A DNA stretch of 64,000 bases, from the NCBI GenBank assembly GCA_038230375.1, contig JBBRNJ010000013.1, positions 70,577-134,576 of the forward strand. The letters are read 5' to 3'. The notes beneath the pieces are model-generated. The model had not been told where the DNA came from. It did not search any database and saw nothing but the letters and a program-made list of their open reading frames with translations. Position numbers and translations under genes: made by a program. The first letter of the stretch is position 1, and every line of letters starts with the position of its first letter. This DNA is from Polyangiales bacterium (GTDB taxonomy: Bacteria > Myxococcota_A > Polyangia > Polyangiales > Polyangiaceae). This document shows, one piece after another, positions 46,671-55,847 of this stretch.

Positions 46671-46978
46671 TGTTCGGCCTTTCCGTCTCCCGCAGGCTCT
46701 GTGGAGACCTCGAGTCCCACGAGCGCGTGGAACGCCTCCACGTCGGCGTCGGTGCAGGCACGCTTGCGGAAGACCGTGATCGGATTCCCGAGGGTCGTCG
46801 CGCGCAAGATGAGCGCGCGGCTCTCAATCTCCATGGTCATCATCTTCTCGTTTCGCTCGATCGCGCCGTATGTCGACGCGAGCTTTTCCCAGATGACACG
46901 GACCTGATCACGCTGAAGGAAATATTTGTAGGTGCCGCGGCGAGCGCACATGGGCACGAGTTCACGCCACGTGCCCAT
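46667..46978 (-). CDS. Small hypothetical protein
   Basis: 103-aa ORF tightly packed between the V4R and phosphatase genes on the same strand. Confidence 0.65.
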   Translation of the reverse strand: MGTWRELVPMCARRGTYKYFLQRDQVRVIWEKLASTYGAIERNEKMMTMEIESRALILRATTLGNPITVFRKRACTDADVEAFHALVGLEVSTEPAGDGKAEH

Positions 46979-46981
46979 TGT

Positions 46982-48163
46982 TCACAGCTTCTCTACGGAG
47001 AAGACGCACGACGGGCTCTCGGAACAGATGCATTCCGTCTCCGTGGAGCCATAGGTGCCCGTGCGCTCTTCGACAGTGCCGCTGCCGAACACCAGCCCCA
47101 TGATGCCGGCCGCGACGCCGCGGAGCATGAAGCACTGGGGCGCGGGGCTTGTGCCGCGGAGCTCGCGGAAGCCGTAGGCCTCGTAGCCATTCAGCGACTC
47201 GATGCGGAGCGCGCGGCCTGGCGCCAGGTTGTCCACATGCCAGTTCCCCCAGCCGAGCGCGTTGCTCACGGCGACGACGCCGTACAGGTTGTCCGACTCC
47301 TGTTTGATCATGGGCGCCACCAGGCCGGCCCACTCGGGCGAGCTCATGATGCCGCGGAACGTGTTCATGGCGCACGTCTCGGCGTCCGAGACGAGCAGAC
47401 GCTGGGCGGTCTTTCCAAGGCCCAGCTTGTCCATCTCCTCGATGAAGCGGATGCTCGCCAGGTTGTAGAAGTCCGCGGGCGTGTTTGCCAGGTAGACGCC
47501 GAACGCCGGGATCAGGCCCTCGGCGTTGCCGTGGATGGGCATGCTCACGAGTGCGCTGACGATCTTGGCACCATCCACGCTCTCCGGTGTCAAGAACGAC
47601 TTCTTCTTCTGGACGATGGAGAGTGGGCGCTTCGTGATGCCCGCCATCGGCTCGGTGCGGCCAGGGACGCGCTCGAACTTGCAGGCGCTCGCGCCCGTGA
47701 TCATGCACTCGGTCTCACGCCAGAACGCCGCCTCACCGTTCAGCGCGAACTGAGCGGCCTGAAGGAAGCCTTCCGTGAACGTGCATACGGGCGTCTTGCG
47801 ATCGCCGAAGCCCGCGCTCCACCCCTCGACGAAGTGCGAGGCGCTCGCGCTGACGTGACCCTCTTCCATCTGCGACAGGTCCAGCGCGCCATAACCAAGG
47901 TGCGAGTAGAGACCCGACACCACAGCGGACTTCGTCGCCGCGTCGTCGCTGGAAAGGAGCGCCGCCTTGATGTGACCGACGAACGTGGCCTCCGCCGCCA
48001 ACGCGAAGATATTCTTCCCGTCTACCTGCGTTGCGCCCTCGATCGTGGACTGCATGCGCGAGTTGTAGTGGTGGCAATGGAGGATGACCTCCCGCCCCGC
48101 GATGACGCGACGATACTGCTCCGGATCGTACTTGAGCGCGAAGCGGTCACTGATGTTCGACAT
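46982..48163 (-). CDS. Tandem V4R (4-vinyl reductase/H-NOX-like fold) ligand-binding protein
   Basis: Two LG(Y/W)G...C...G...ETEC-x7-C modules; N-terminal HCHHYN. Confidence 0.8.
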   Translation of the reverse strand: MSNISDRFALKYDPEQYRRVIAGREVILHCHHYNSRMQSTIEGATQVDGKNIFALAAEATFVGHIKAALLSSDDAATKSAVVSGLYSHLGYGALDLSQMEEGHVSASASHFVEGWSAGFGDRKTPVCTFTEGFLQAAQFALNGEAAFWRETECMITGASACKFERVPGRTEPMAGITKRPLSIVQKKKSFLTPESVDGAKIVSALVSMPIHGNAEGLIPAFGVYLANTPADFYNLASIRFIEEMDKLGLGKTAQRLLVSDAETCAMNTFRGIMSSPEWAGLVAPMIKQESDNLYGVVAVSNALGWGNWHVDNLAPGRALRIESLNGYEAYGFRELRGTSPAPQCFMLRGVAAGIMGLVFGSGTVEERTGTYGSTETECICSESPSCVFSVEKL

Positions 48164-48428
48164 TGGAGATCCCCCTTGGCACGACGCATTTCTTCGCGGT
48201 CGCGCTGCGCGGCGAGCTGAATGATGCGGAAGACCGTTCCCTCGCGCAACGATGAAGCGACAGCACATGGCTGCCCCCACGACGGCGGCCATCACCAACT
48301 ACACACGACCGCCTGCACGGCACTACACCACCGCTGACCACTGCGGTGACCACCCCAAAAGGGGATGGGGCAGCCTTGCAAAGCAGCCCAAAGCGGGATG
48401 ATCTTGGATGCAATGAGGAGTCTTTAAC

Positions 48429-49928
48429 GTGGGCGCAATCGAGCTTCCCGCGAGCCTCGTGGAACGATTTCGTTCAAGCGCGTTCGACCGGCTCGCCCGG
48501 ATCGAGACGGCGTGGTCCACGCTCGCGCGTGACTCGGCAAGTGATGACACCGAAGCGGACATGAAGCGCGAGCTTCACACGCTGAAGGGCGAAGCGCGCG
48601 TCATGGGCTTCGCCAGCGTCGCGCTCATCTGCGAAAAATTCGAAGACCTCGTGGCCGCCGCGCAGGCCCGGCGGTACCGCGTGGGCGAGGACGTGGACAT
48701 CGTCGCTACCATGGCGCTGCAGTTCACCGGGATGCTGCTTCGCAGCGGCACGTCGAGGGCACATCGGCGCGGCATCGACCTGGACGGGTTCATCGCACAG
48801 CTCGACGAAGTCGTCCGCGAGCTATCGCGACCGTCGGCAGAACCAGAAGAGCCCGCGATGCGCGGGTCGCTCCCCAGCAGCCAGTCGTGGAACGACGACT
48901 CGCAGGTCACGCGCATTCCTGGCACTGCGCGGCATCGACTTGCTTCCGTTGCAACGGCAACGTACCTGGAGTCGCGGCGCGCCACGGACCCGGCCACGCG
49001 CGCTCGGATCCACGGGCTTTGGCTTGGCATCGCGCGCGAGGTCGCGGCGCTCGAGAGCGTCCCCATCGAGGCGACGCTGCAGCAGCACGTCACCGCCAGC
49101 CTGGGGCTTGCCAGCGAGCTCGGCAAGGAGATCGACGTCTCGGTAGATGCTGGAGACACCCGTGTTGGCGCGGAGTTGCTCGACGTGATCAGCACGGCTG
49201 TCTTGCACACCTTGCGCAACGCGGTCGATCACGGGATCGAGTCCGCGGAGGCCCGTGTTGCCCAGCAGAAGAAGCGCAGGGGCTCCATCCGCGTGCTGGC
49301 CCGGCAGGAGAATGGTCGCGCCGTACTCACGATCTCGGACGATGGCGCTGGCATCGACCTTGATGCGCTGCGCCTGCGCGCTGCTGCATCCGGCACCGAC
49401 CACAGCCACGAAGAGCTCGTGAACCTGGTCTTCGTCGCGGGGCTGTCCACGCGCGACGACAAGGGGCCCGTGTCCGGGCGCGGCGTCGGAATGGATGCCG
49501 TGCGTTCGGCCGCCGAGAAGGTGGGCGGCGAAGTGACCCTGACGACGACCAAGGGACGTGGCACCACCGTGACGGTCGCCGTTCCCCAGGCATCGCACAA
49601 GGTCGCGCTCACGTTCTTCCCGGGCACGGCACCCGACATCCTGTTCGCTGTCGACGACAGCATGACCGTGACGGCTGCGCCTCTTGCCAAGGTGAGCGCG
49701 GATCTGGCGCGGCTCCTCTCTCTGCCCGGCGGACCTGCGATGCAGGTGCTCGCGCTCGAGTCGGCTGGCCGCCGGATCTTCATCGCCGCGGGCGCGGTTT
49801 CCCCATCGAAGGGCCATGCGAGCCGTCGGTGCCGCACGGAGCAGGGCGATCTCAGCGAGATCGTCACGACACCCCTGGGCGAGGCGATCCTCCTGCGTTG
49901 GGACGCGCTGCTAGCCCACGCGCTCTAG
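48429..49928 (+). CDS. cheA: CheA-like kinase paralog 2 (Hpt + HATPase, degenerate P5)
   Basis: HTLKG; HTLRNAVDHG, DDGAG, FVAGLST, SGRGVGMD. Confidence 0.85.
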   Translation: MGAIELPASLVERFRSSAFDRLARIETAWSTLARDSASDDTEADMKRELHTLKGEARVMGFASVALICEKFEDLVAAAQARRYRVGEDVDIVATMALQFTGMLLRSGTSRAHRRGIDLDGFIAQLDEVVRELSRPSAEPEEPAMRGSLPSSQSWNDDSQVTRIPGTARHRLASVATATYLESRRATDPATRARIHGLWLGIAREVAALESVPIEATLQQHVTASLGLASELGKEIDVSVDAGDTRVGAELLDVISTAVLHTLRNAVDHGIESAEARVAQQKKRRGSIRVLARQENGRAVLTISDDGAGIDLDALRLRAAASGTDHSHEELVNLVFVAGLSTRDDKGPVSGRGVGMDAVRSAAEKVGGEVTLTTTKGRGTTVTVAVPQASHKVALTFFPGTAPDILFAVDDSMTVTAAPLAKVSADLARLLSLPGGPAMQVLALESAGRRIFIAAGAVSPSKGHASRRCRTEQGDLSEIVTTPLGEAILLRWDALLAHAL

Positions 49929-49940
49929 GTGTCTCTCTGC

Positions 49941-50318
49941 CTACGTAGCGGGCTCTAGCGAGATGAGATCTGTCGCGAAGCACTGGAGCCCTTGGAGGCT
50001 CCGGCGCTGCCAGAGCAACGCCTGATTCGACCGAATGCGGATGTGGTACCGCGACTCGGCGGGCATGTCGCGCACGCGCGCGACCCAGCCGATGATCTTG
50101 GTGAAACAAGACGAGTTCATGAAAGAGAGGGCATGCAGATCGATGAACACCTGCTTGTACCCGCTCGCGACGGCGTGATCGTGCGCGGCATGGAGGAACG
50201 TCTCCAGCGGCATCAGCGCGGCGGCGTCCGCGTCACCCGAAAACACGAGCTCCGCGCGCTCCGTGGTGGCCCCGTGCTTCGCGGCGAACGTGCCGAGGTC
50301 GATGTCGATGGTGGTCAT
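49941..50318 (-). CDS. STAS/SiaC-like protein (paralog 3)
   Basis: LSFMNSSCFTK...WQRRSLQGLQCFA. Confidence 0.75.
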   Translation of the reverse strand: MTTIDIDLGTFAAKHGATTERAELVFSGDADAAALMPLETFLHAAHDHAVASGYKQVFIDLHALSFMNSSCFTKIIGWVARVRDMPAESRYHIRIRSNQALLWQRRSLQGLQCFATDLISLEPAT

Positions 50319-50414
50319 GCAGTTCCCGACGAGAGAGTGTCCGCGCATCGATATGCAAAAGCAAGAGCGGAGCCTTCGAGTAGACAACTCCGAGCAGACG
50401 GGTACGCTGCATGG

Positions 50415-51895
50415 ATGAGCGAGGCGCGTCCCGCGGAACGCCCGATTGTGGGAGACGTGATCGCCGATAGGTACCGCATAGAAGGCGTTGCCGGCGAAGG
50501 GGGCATGGGCACCGTCTACGAGGCGGAGCACGTGATCTTGCGCGAGCGCGTCGCGATCAAGGTGCTGCTCGCCGGGACGGTCGTGTCCTCCGACGTGATC
50601 GATCGCTTCTCGCTGGAGGCGCGCGCGCTCGCGTCGATCAAGAGCGAGCATGTGGTGCGCGTCGTCGACGCGGGCACACTGCGCACGGGTGCACCCTACC
50701 TGGTGATGGAATACCTGGAGGGCCGTGACCTGGGCGCAGTGCTCACGGCAGACGGCCCCATGCGCGCCGAGGACGTCGTGGACTATGCGCTGCAGGCGCT
50801 GGAGGCGCTGGCGCGGGCACACACCGGCGGCATCATCCATCGCGACATGAAGCCATCGAATCTGTTCCTTGCAGAGCGCGAGTCCGGCGGTCCCATCGTG
50901 AAGCTGCTCGACTTTGGTGTCTCCAAGTCGGTTGTGCCCGACAACGATCGAAAGCTCACGGGGCCTGTCATCCTGGGCTCGCTGGCGTACATGTCACCGG
51001 AGCAGCTGCGCAAGGAGACGCTCGACCATCGCTCGGACCTGTGGTCGCTCGGTGTCGTCATGTACGAGCTCCTGACTGGCGCGCCGCCATTCGATGGTGG
51101 GTTCGGCACTGTCGTCACCGCGATCCTCCAGAACGATCCGGTGCCCATCCGCGAGCGCGTCGCGTCGGTGCCCGAAGGCCTGGCCGCCGTCGTCACAAAG
51201 TGTATCGCGCGCAATCTCCCGGATCGCTGGCCCGACGCAGCGTCGCTCGCAAGCGCGCTCGCGCCGTTTGGGAGCGGAGCGTGGACCCCTCTCGTGTTGC
51301 GCATCAAGGAGATCTCCTCGCGCGTTCGTACGGCGCGGCCAGCGCGTCACTATCCCACCTACGACAATGCACTGCAGGCGCTGGAGGCGGATCCGCCCGT
51401 GCCTGGCGCAGCGGTTGCCGACACCGAGCCGCCTACCTCCATCTCGGATGCGCAGGCGCGCGTGACGCGTCTTCCGGCGCGACCACCGCCACCGGGCACG
51501 TCGATGCGCGTACTCCTGATCGACGACAGCGAGATCACGCTCGCGGCGCACGACCATCTGCTGACGCATTCGGGCTTCGAGGTGCGGACCACCATGAGCC
51601 CCGGTGAGTTCGAGGCGGTGCTCGAGGGGTGGGCGCCGCACCTGGTGCTCATGGATGTGCAGATGCCAGGCATCAGCGGTGACGAGCCTGCCTCAAGATG
51701 AAGGCCCGCTTCGGCTCGGCGGTCCCCATTGTCCTTGTATCCGACCTCCCACGCGAGGAGCTCGAGCGGCGCGCGCGCTCGGGCAAAGCGGATGCGTTCA
51801 TCTCCAAGGCACTGAACGGCAAGGACTTCGTGGAGTTCGTTCGCAACATCTGCGCGATCACGTACTCGCCAGAGGCGCTGCCGCAACGCACGTGA
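50415..51895 (+). pseudogene. Ser/Thr kinase-receiver fusion with apparent 1-bp deletion at ~51687 (frameshift or sequencing error)
   Basis: Kinase motifs GEGGMG, HRDMKPSN, DFG, YMSPEQ; REC LIDDS...MDVQMP continues in another frame as CLKMKARF...IVLVS...FISK. Confidence 0.75.
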
Positions 51896-51907
51896 GTCCG
51901 CCGGAGC

Positions 51908-52447
51908 TCAGCGCTTCGTGTAGGACCCGCTGTTGGAGAACGTGCATGATACACCCATGCTCGACGTGTAGGTGCCCGTTCCGGAGAGCGTGGCGGACGT
52001 GCCCTCGACGACGAAAGCAAACGCCGTATAGACGAGCGTCACGCCGGAGGAGCTGGGGGTGCATTCCTGGTCTGCTGGCGACTCGGACGCGACCTGTCCG
52101 CTCACGGTCGCTGTGAAGGAGCAGCCATCCGAGGTGATTGCTGTGAGCTGGCCTCCGCTCGCGGAGATCGAGAGGGTGTCCGGGTTGCTGCTCGCTAACG
52201 TCTTCCCCGCGCAGGTTTGCCTGAGTGTCACGGCGCTCGAGCTCCACATCCCCGTGAAGCTTGCCGTGGAATCACCGCTGCTGGTGCCCGTGCCCGACCC
52301 GCTGCCCGACCCACTACCGGTGCCCGACCCGCTACCGGTGCCCGACCCGGTGCTGCCACCTGAGCCCGGTCCGTTGGTCGTGCTGCACGCCGCGATCGGC
52401 GCGACAAAGAGGCAGGCCGCGAGGATGAGGAACGAACGCTGCTTCAT
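51908..52447 (-). CDS. Hypothetical lipoprotein with Gly/Ser/Thr linker
   Basis: IAAC lipobox; GSGTGS repeats; beta-rich domain. Confidence 0.75.
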   Translation of the reverse strand: MKQRSFLILAACLFVAPIAACSTTNGPGSGGSTGSGTGSGSGTGSGSGSGSGTGTSSGDSTASFTGMWSSSAVTLRQTCAGKTLASSNPDTLSISASGGQLTAITSDGCSFTATVSGQVASESPADQECTPSSSGVTLVYTAFAFVVEGTSATLSGTGTYTSSMGVSCTFSNSGSYTKR

Positions 52448-52498
52448 CGTCTGATCGTAGCCGATCACCACCGGACGCACCAGGCCCGGAGGGCGGCG

Positions 52499-53068
52499 CT
52501 AGCTGGTTGCAAGATGCATGGTTCGCGCGCCGATGCGTGATGCGAGCGAGAGATCATGCGTCGCGACAAGACATGTGGTGCCGGTAAGGCGGGTCGCCAG
52601 GCGCGCGACGGCGGCTTGATCGAGCGCGCCCTCTGGCTCATCGAGCACCAGGAGCGTTGGTGCGCCCAGGAGCGCTGCCGCAAGCGAGACCCGCTGCCGC
52701 TGGCCCGCGGAGAGCGTGCTGACCTTCCGGTGGTGCACGTCTGTCAGCTCCATGCGCATGATCTCGTCGTCGATGGACGTGCGCGTCCCGCGCAGTGAGG
52801 CCACGAGCGCGAGCCATTCGCTGGGCGTCAGATGCTCTGGTACGTCTGGTGTGCTCGGCGCGTAGCCACAGGTGCCGGACAGCGAAACGCGGCCGGAGCA
52901 TCCCGTGAGCACGCCAGCGGCGATCGCGAGGAGCGTGGATTTTCCCGAGCCGTTCTCGCCAGTGATCACCAGCGCCTCCCCTGCCCCGACGGACAGCGAC
53001 ACGCCGGCCAGCACACGACGCGCGCCGCGACGCATCGACACATCGGAGAGCGTGAGCACCGCGCTCAC
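52499..53068 (-). CDS. ABC transporter ATP-binding protein
   Basis: GENGSGKST, LSAGQRQR, LVLDEP, ATHD. Confidence 0.9.
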   Translation of the reverse strand: MSAVLTLSDVSMRRGARRVLAGVSLSVGAGEALVITGENGSGKSTLLAIAAGVLTGCSGRVSLSGTCGYAPSTPDVPEHLTPSEWLALVASLRGTRTSIDDEIMRMELTDVHHRKVSTLSAGQRQRVSLAAALLGAPTLLVLDEPEGALDQAAVARLATRLTGTTCLVATHDLSLASRIGARTMHLATS

Positions 53069-54075
53069 CAGACGATCCCCATCGTGATCGATGCGATCGC
53101 GATCCCGATGGTTCCGGCGACGAACAGCGCAGGGTCCTGCTTCCTGGTTCGTCCGTGCCGTCGAGCCCACGCCACCACCGCGAGCGCAACCAGGAATCCG
53201 AACGCCAGAGTCGCTGCCGTCTCGGCCGCGCTCGCCTCCGAGCTCGCGCCGTAGGTCGCCGCGGATGCATATGCGGCGTTGGGGACGCAGACCACCGCGA
53301 TCATCGCCAGCGCTGGCACCCACGCTCGCGTCCGCGTGGACCGGAGCAGCGAGCGCAGCGCCACCTCTTCACGCACGAGCGGTCGCACCAGCAGCGCCGC
53401 GGCCACGCACAGCGAGATGGGCAGCACGCACATCGCACGGCCTATGGCGCTCCGTGGCGGGTCGTTGTGGAAGGACAGCCACAGCGCGCCCGCGCCGAGC
53501 GCCATCGCCGTGCCCGACAGGGACACGCTGGCCTGCTCGCGTCGCCACAGCGTTCGCATGCAATATACACATATTGCGAGCAACGGAGGTAGGGGAGCCC
53601 CAGGTTGCCCTTGCGCGCGCGCGGATCGCCACGCCGCGGTGGAACGCCCGGCCGCGCGAAGACGGACCAGCAAGAGCTCCAGGCAGAGCGCAAGCATGAC
53701 GTGAAGCACCCCGGCGACGACGAGGCCCGCGCGCGCGAACAGCACGAAGAGCGGAGCCTGACCGAGCGTGATGAGCACGCCCAGCGGCCCCAGCATTGCC
53801 CATCGGGACGGGCGCAGTGAGCGCAACGTGGTCATTCCCTGCGCGTGCACCGCCGCCGACAGCGCGTTGGCGGTCAGCGCAGAGAACGCGAGCACCACCA
53901 CGGCCCACGACACTGGCGACGTGCGGAACACGGACACCGCGTCGTCTGCCGTCATGCCGTTGCCACCGAAGAGGATCGCCGCGGGGACCAGCCACGCCAT
54001 GGTCGGCGCGACCAGAGCGCGCGCGAACGGCCGCCCCGACACCACCAGCACGGCGCGCATCCACGCAAGGTTCAC
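53065..54075 (-). CDS. Multi-pass membrane protein, probable ABC permease (start uncertain)
   Basis: Many hydrophobic segments; GTGA overlap with the ATPase gene. Confidence 0.65.
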   Translation of the reverse strand: MNLAWMRAVLVVSGRPFARALVAPTMAWLVPAAILFGGNGMTADDAVSVFRTSPVSWAVVVLAFSALTANALSAAVHAQGMTTLRSLRPSRWAMLGPLGVLITLGQAPLFVLFARAGLVVAGVLHVMLALCLELLLVRLRAAGRSTAAWRSARAQGQPGAPLPPLLAICVYCMRTLWRREQASVSLSGTAMALGAGALWLSFHNDPPRSAIGRAMCVLPISLCVAAALLVRPLVREEVALRSLLRSTRTRAWVPALAMIAVVCVPNAAYASAATYGASSEASAAETAATLAFGFLVALAVVAWARRHGRTRKQDPALFVAGTIGIAIASITMGIVW

Positions 54076-54152
54076 GGAGGCATTGAACCAGCGAGCGGCC
54101 CGCTTATTCCACAACGCTCCCGGTGGCGGCCAGCGCGTAGTATCGTTCAGGC

Positions 54153-54605
54153 ATGCGAACCCACCTTGCGGCCCTTGCGATCGCTCTTCTTGCGTGTGCG
54201 TCGTGCAGCAGCTCGTCCAGCGCGACCGGCTCGAACACCGCAACTTCGACGGTCACGCAGACCATCGGTCCTGCGGGCGGAGTGATCACCGTGGACGGCG
54301 CCACTATCACGTTCCCGAAGGACGCAGTCGCCGCGCCGGTCGGCGTCACGATCAGCTCCACGGACGCGGTCCCGGACGGCTTCGTGGCGCTGTCGAAGGT
54401 CTTCAAGTGTGAGCCGAGCGGCACCAACTTCGCGCAGCCCGTGACGATGCAGATGCCCTTCACGGACGACGGCAAGGCCAGCAGCATGTTCTGGTCGTCT
54501 GGCAGCGACCCTGCGTTCAAGGACCTGGGCGGAAAGTCACAGGGCGGGACGATGACAGCCACTGTCCAGCACTTCAGCTCCGGCTTCGTCGGCCGCGCAA
54601 AGTAG
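54153..54605 (+). CDS. ZU5-like domain lipoprotein
   Basis: IGPAGG, FPKDA, EPSGTNFAQPV, HFS motifs; lipobox. Confidence 0.7.
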   Translation: MRTHLAALAIALLACASCSSSSSATGSNTATSTVTQTIGPAGGVITVDGATITFPKDAVAAPVGVTISSTDAVPDGFVALSKVFKCEPSGTNFAQPVTMQMPFTDDGKASSMFWSSGSDPAFKDLGGKSQGGTMTATVQHFSSGFVGRAK

Positions 54606-54626
54606 GCCGCGCTCCTCATCGCGTTG

Positions 54627-55847
54627 CTAGCTGTGCTTGCGGCGAAGGCGCGTCCAGCCGATGCACGCGAAGGCGATGATGCTTGGCGCGATCCAGCCCA
54701 CGCCTACGAGCCACCACCCCATCGCGATGCGAAGGAGCAGGTCTTTCGTGGATGCCTTCACGGCGACGTTGGTCTTCTTGTCGCCGGGGAATTCAACGCG
54801 GCCCACGCTGGCCTCGCCGGTGAGGCGGGCGCCCCGGCCTCCATCGAGCTCGGGCAGCGTCACCTCGTACTTGCAGACTCCAAACTTGTGGCCCTTCACG
54901 ATGGCGACCTGCCAGCGGTTCGAGTCCGGATCGTCCTTCGAATCGGCGCCCTCGCCGTCGTCGTCGTCCTCGAGCTTTGCCGTCACGGTGCAGATGTCTG
55001 GCGTGAGGCTGCGCGCCTTCGTGAGCGCGTTCTGGCTGCACACGGGCGTTGCGCCGAAGCCCACGTGCGCAAAGACGTAGGTGGAGGAGCCCTCGAAGAT
55101 CCGGCTGCCGCCACCTCCATCGAGCCACGCGTCCTTGAGCTCGCCGCGATCGACGACGCGCACCGAGACGGCGGTGCCGTCGATGGCGGAGCGAACAGTG
55201 ACGCGCGGGGTCTTCGTGTCCGCACGGAACGTGTAGGCCGCGGCTCCTTGCGGCTGCGGAATCAACTCGAGCTGGCCCGCGGGTTCGATGCTGAACGGCG
55301 TGTACGAATGGCCGACCACGGGCCGACCGTCGCTCGTCGCGAGCTGGTGATAGACCAACACGCGCTCGCCCTTCACATAGACCGCGTCGGGCCCGTCAGT
55401 GCAGAGGTGCTCGAGTTTATGGGTGGTCGGCTTCTCGACGTGGAAGAACATCTTGTCCACGAGCGTCTTGCCGGCGGGGTCGACCGCGGTGATCTCGACG
55501 TCGGCGACGCCCGGCTCGCCGGCCTTGAGCACGAGCTTGTGCTCTCCAAAGGAGTCGATCGCGATCACACCGGGCCGTGACGACGTTGCTCCGGTGATGA
55601 CGAGCTTGTCCTCTGTGCCATTCGCAAACGCGACGACGTCGAGCTTTGCCCCTGGCGCGATGGGCTTCACGAAGTTCTCGAACTCGGCGCCAGACGCATA
55701 CGCGAAGGTGAACTTCCCGTTGTACGCGGTCGCCTTCGAGTAACAGCCGGTCGCGGTCATCGAGAGCGCGACCACGAACAGCGCCGCGAACGCGCGCACT
55801 GTGCCGCGCGATCCCCGGCGGGGGAGGAGCCTGTGTATGTCTTTCAC
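54627..55847 (-). CDS. Hypothetical lipoprotein with C-terminal TM anchor
   Basis: ATGC lipobox; Ig-like strands; C-terminal TM followed by RRK. Confidence 0.65.
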   Translation of the reverse strand: MKDIHRLLPRRGSRGTVRAFAALFVVALSMTATGCYSKATAYNGKFTFAYASGAEFENFVKPIAPGAKLDVVAFANGTEDKLVITGATSSRPGVIAIDSFGEHKLVLKAGEPGVADVEITAVDPAGKTLVDKMFFHVEKPTTHKLEHLCTDGPDAVYVKGERVLVYHQLATSDGRPVVGHSYTPFSIEPAGQLELIPQPQGAAAYTFRADTKTPRVTVRSAIDGTAVSVRVVDRGELKDAWLDGGGGSRIFEGSSTYVFAHVGFGATPVCSQNALTKARSLTPDICTVTAKLEDDDDGEGADSKDDPDSNRWQVAIVKGHKFGVCKYEVTLPELDGGRGARLTGEASVGRVEFPGDKKTNVAVKASTKDLLLRIAMGWWLVGVGWIAPSIIAFACIGWTRLRRKHS

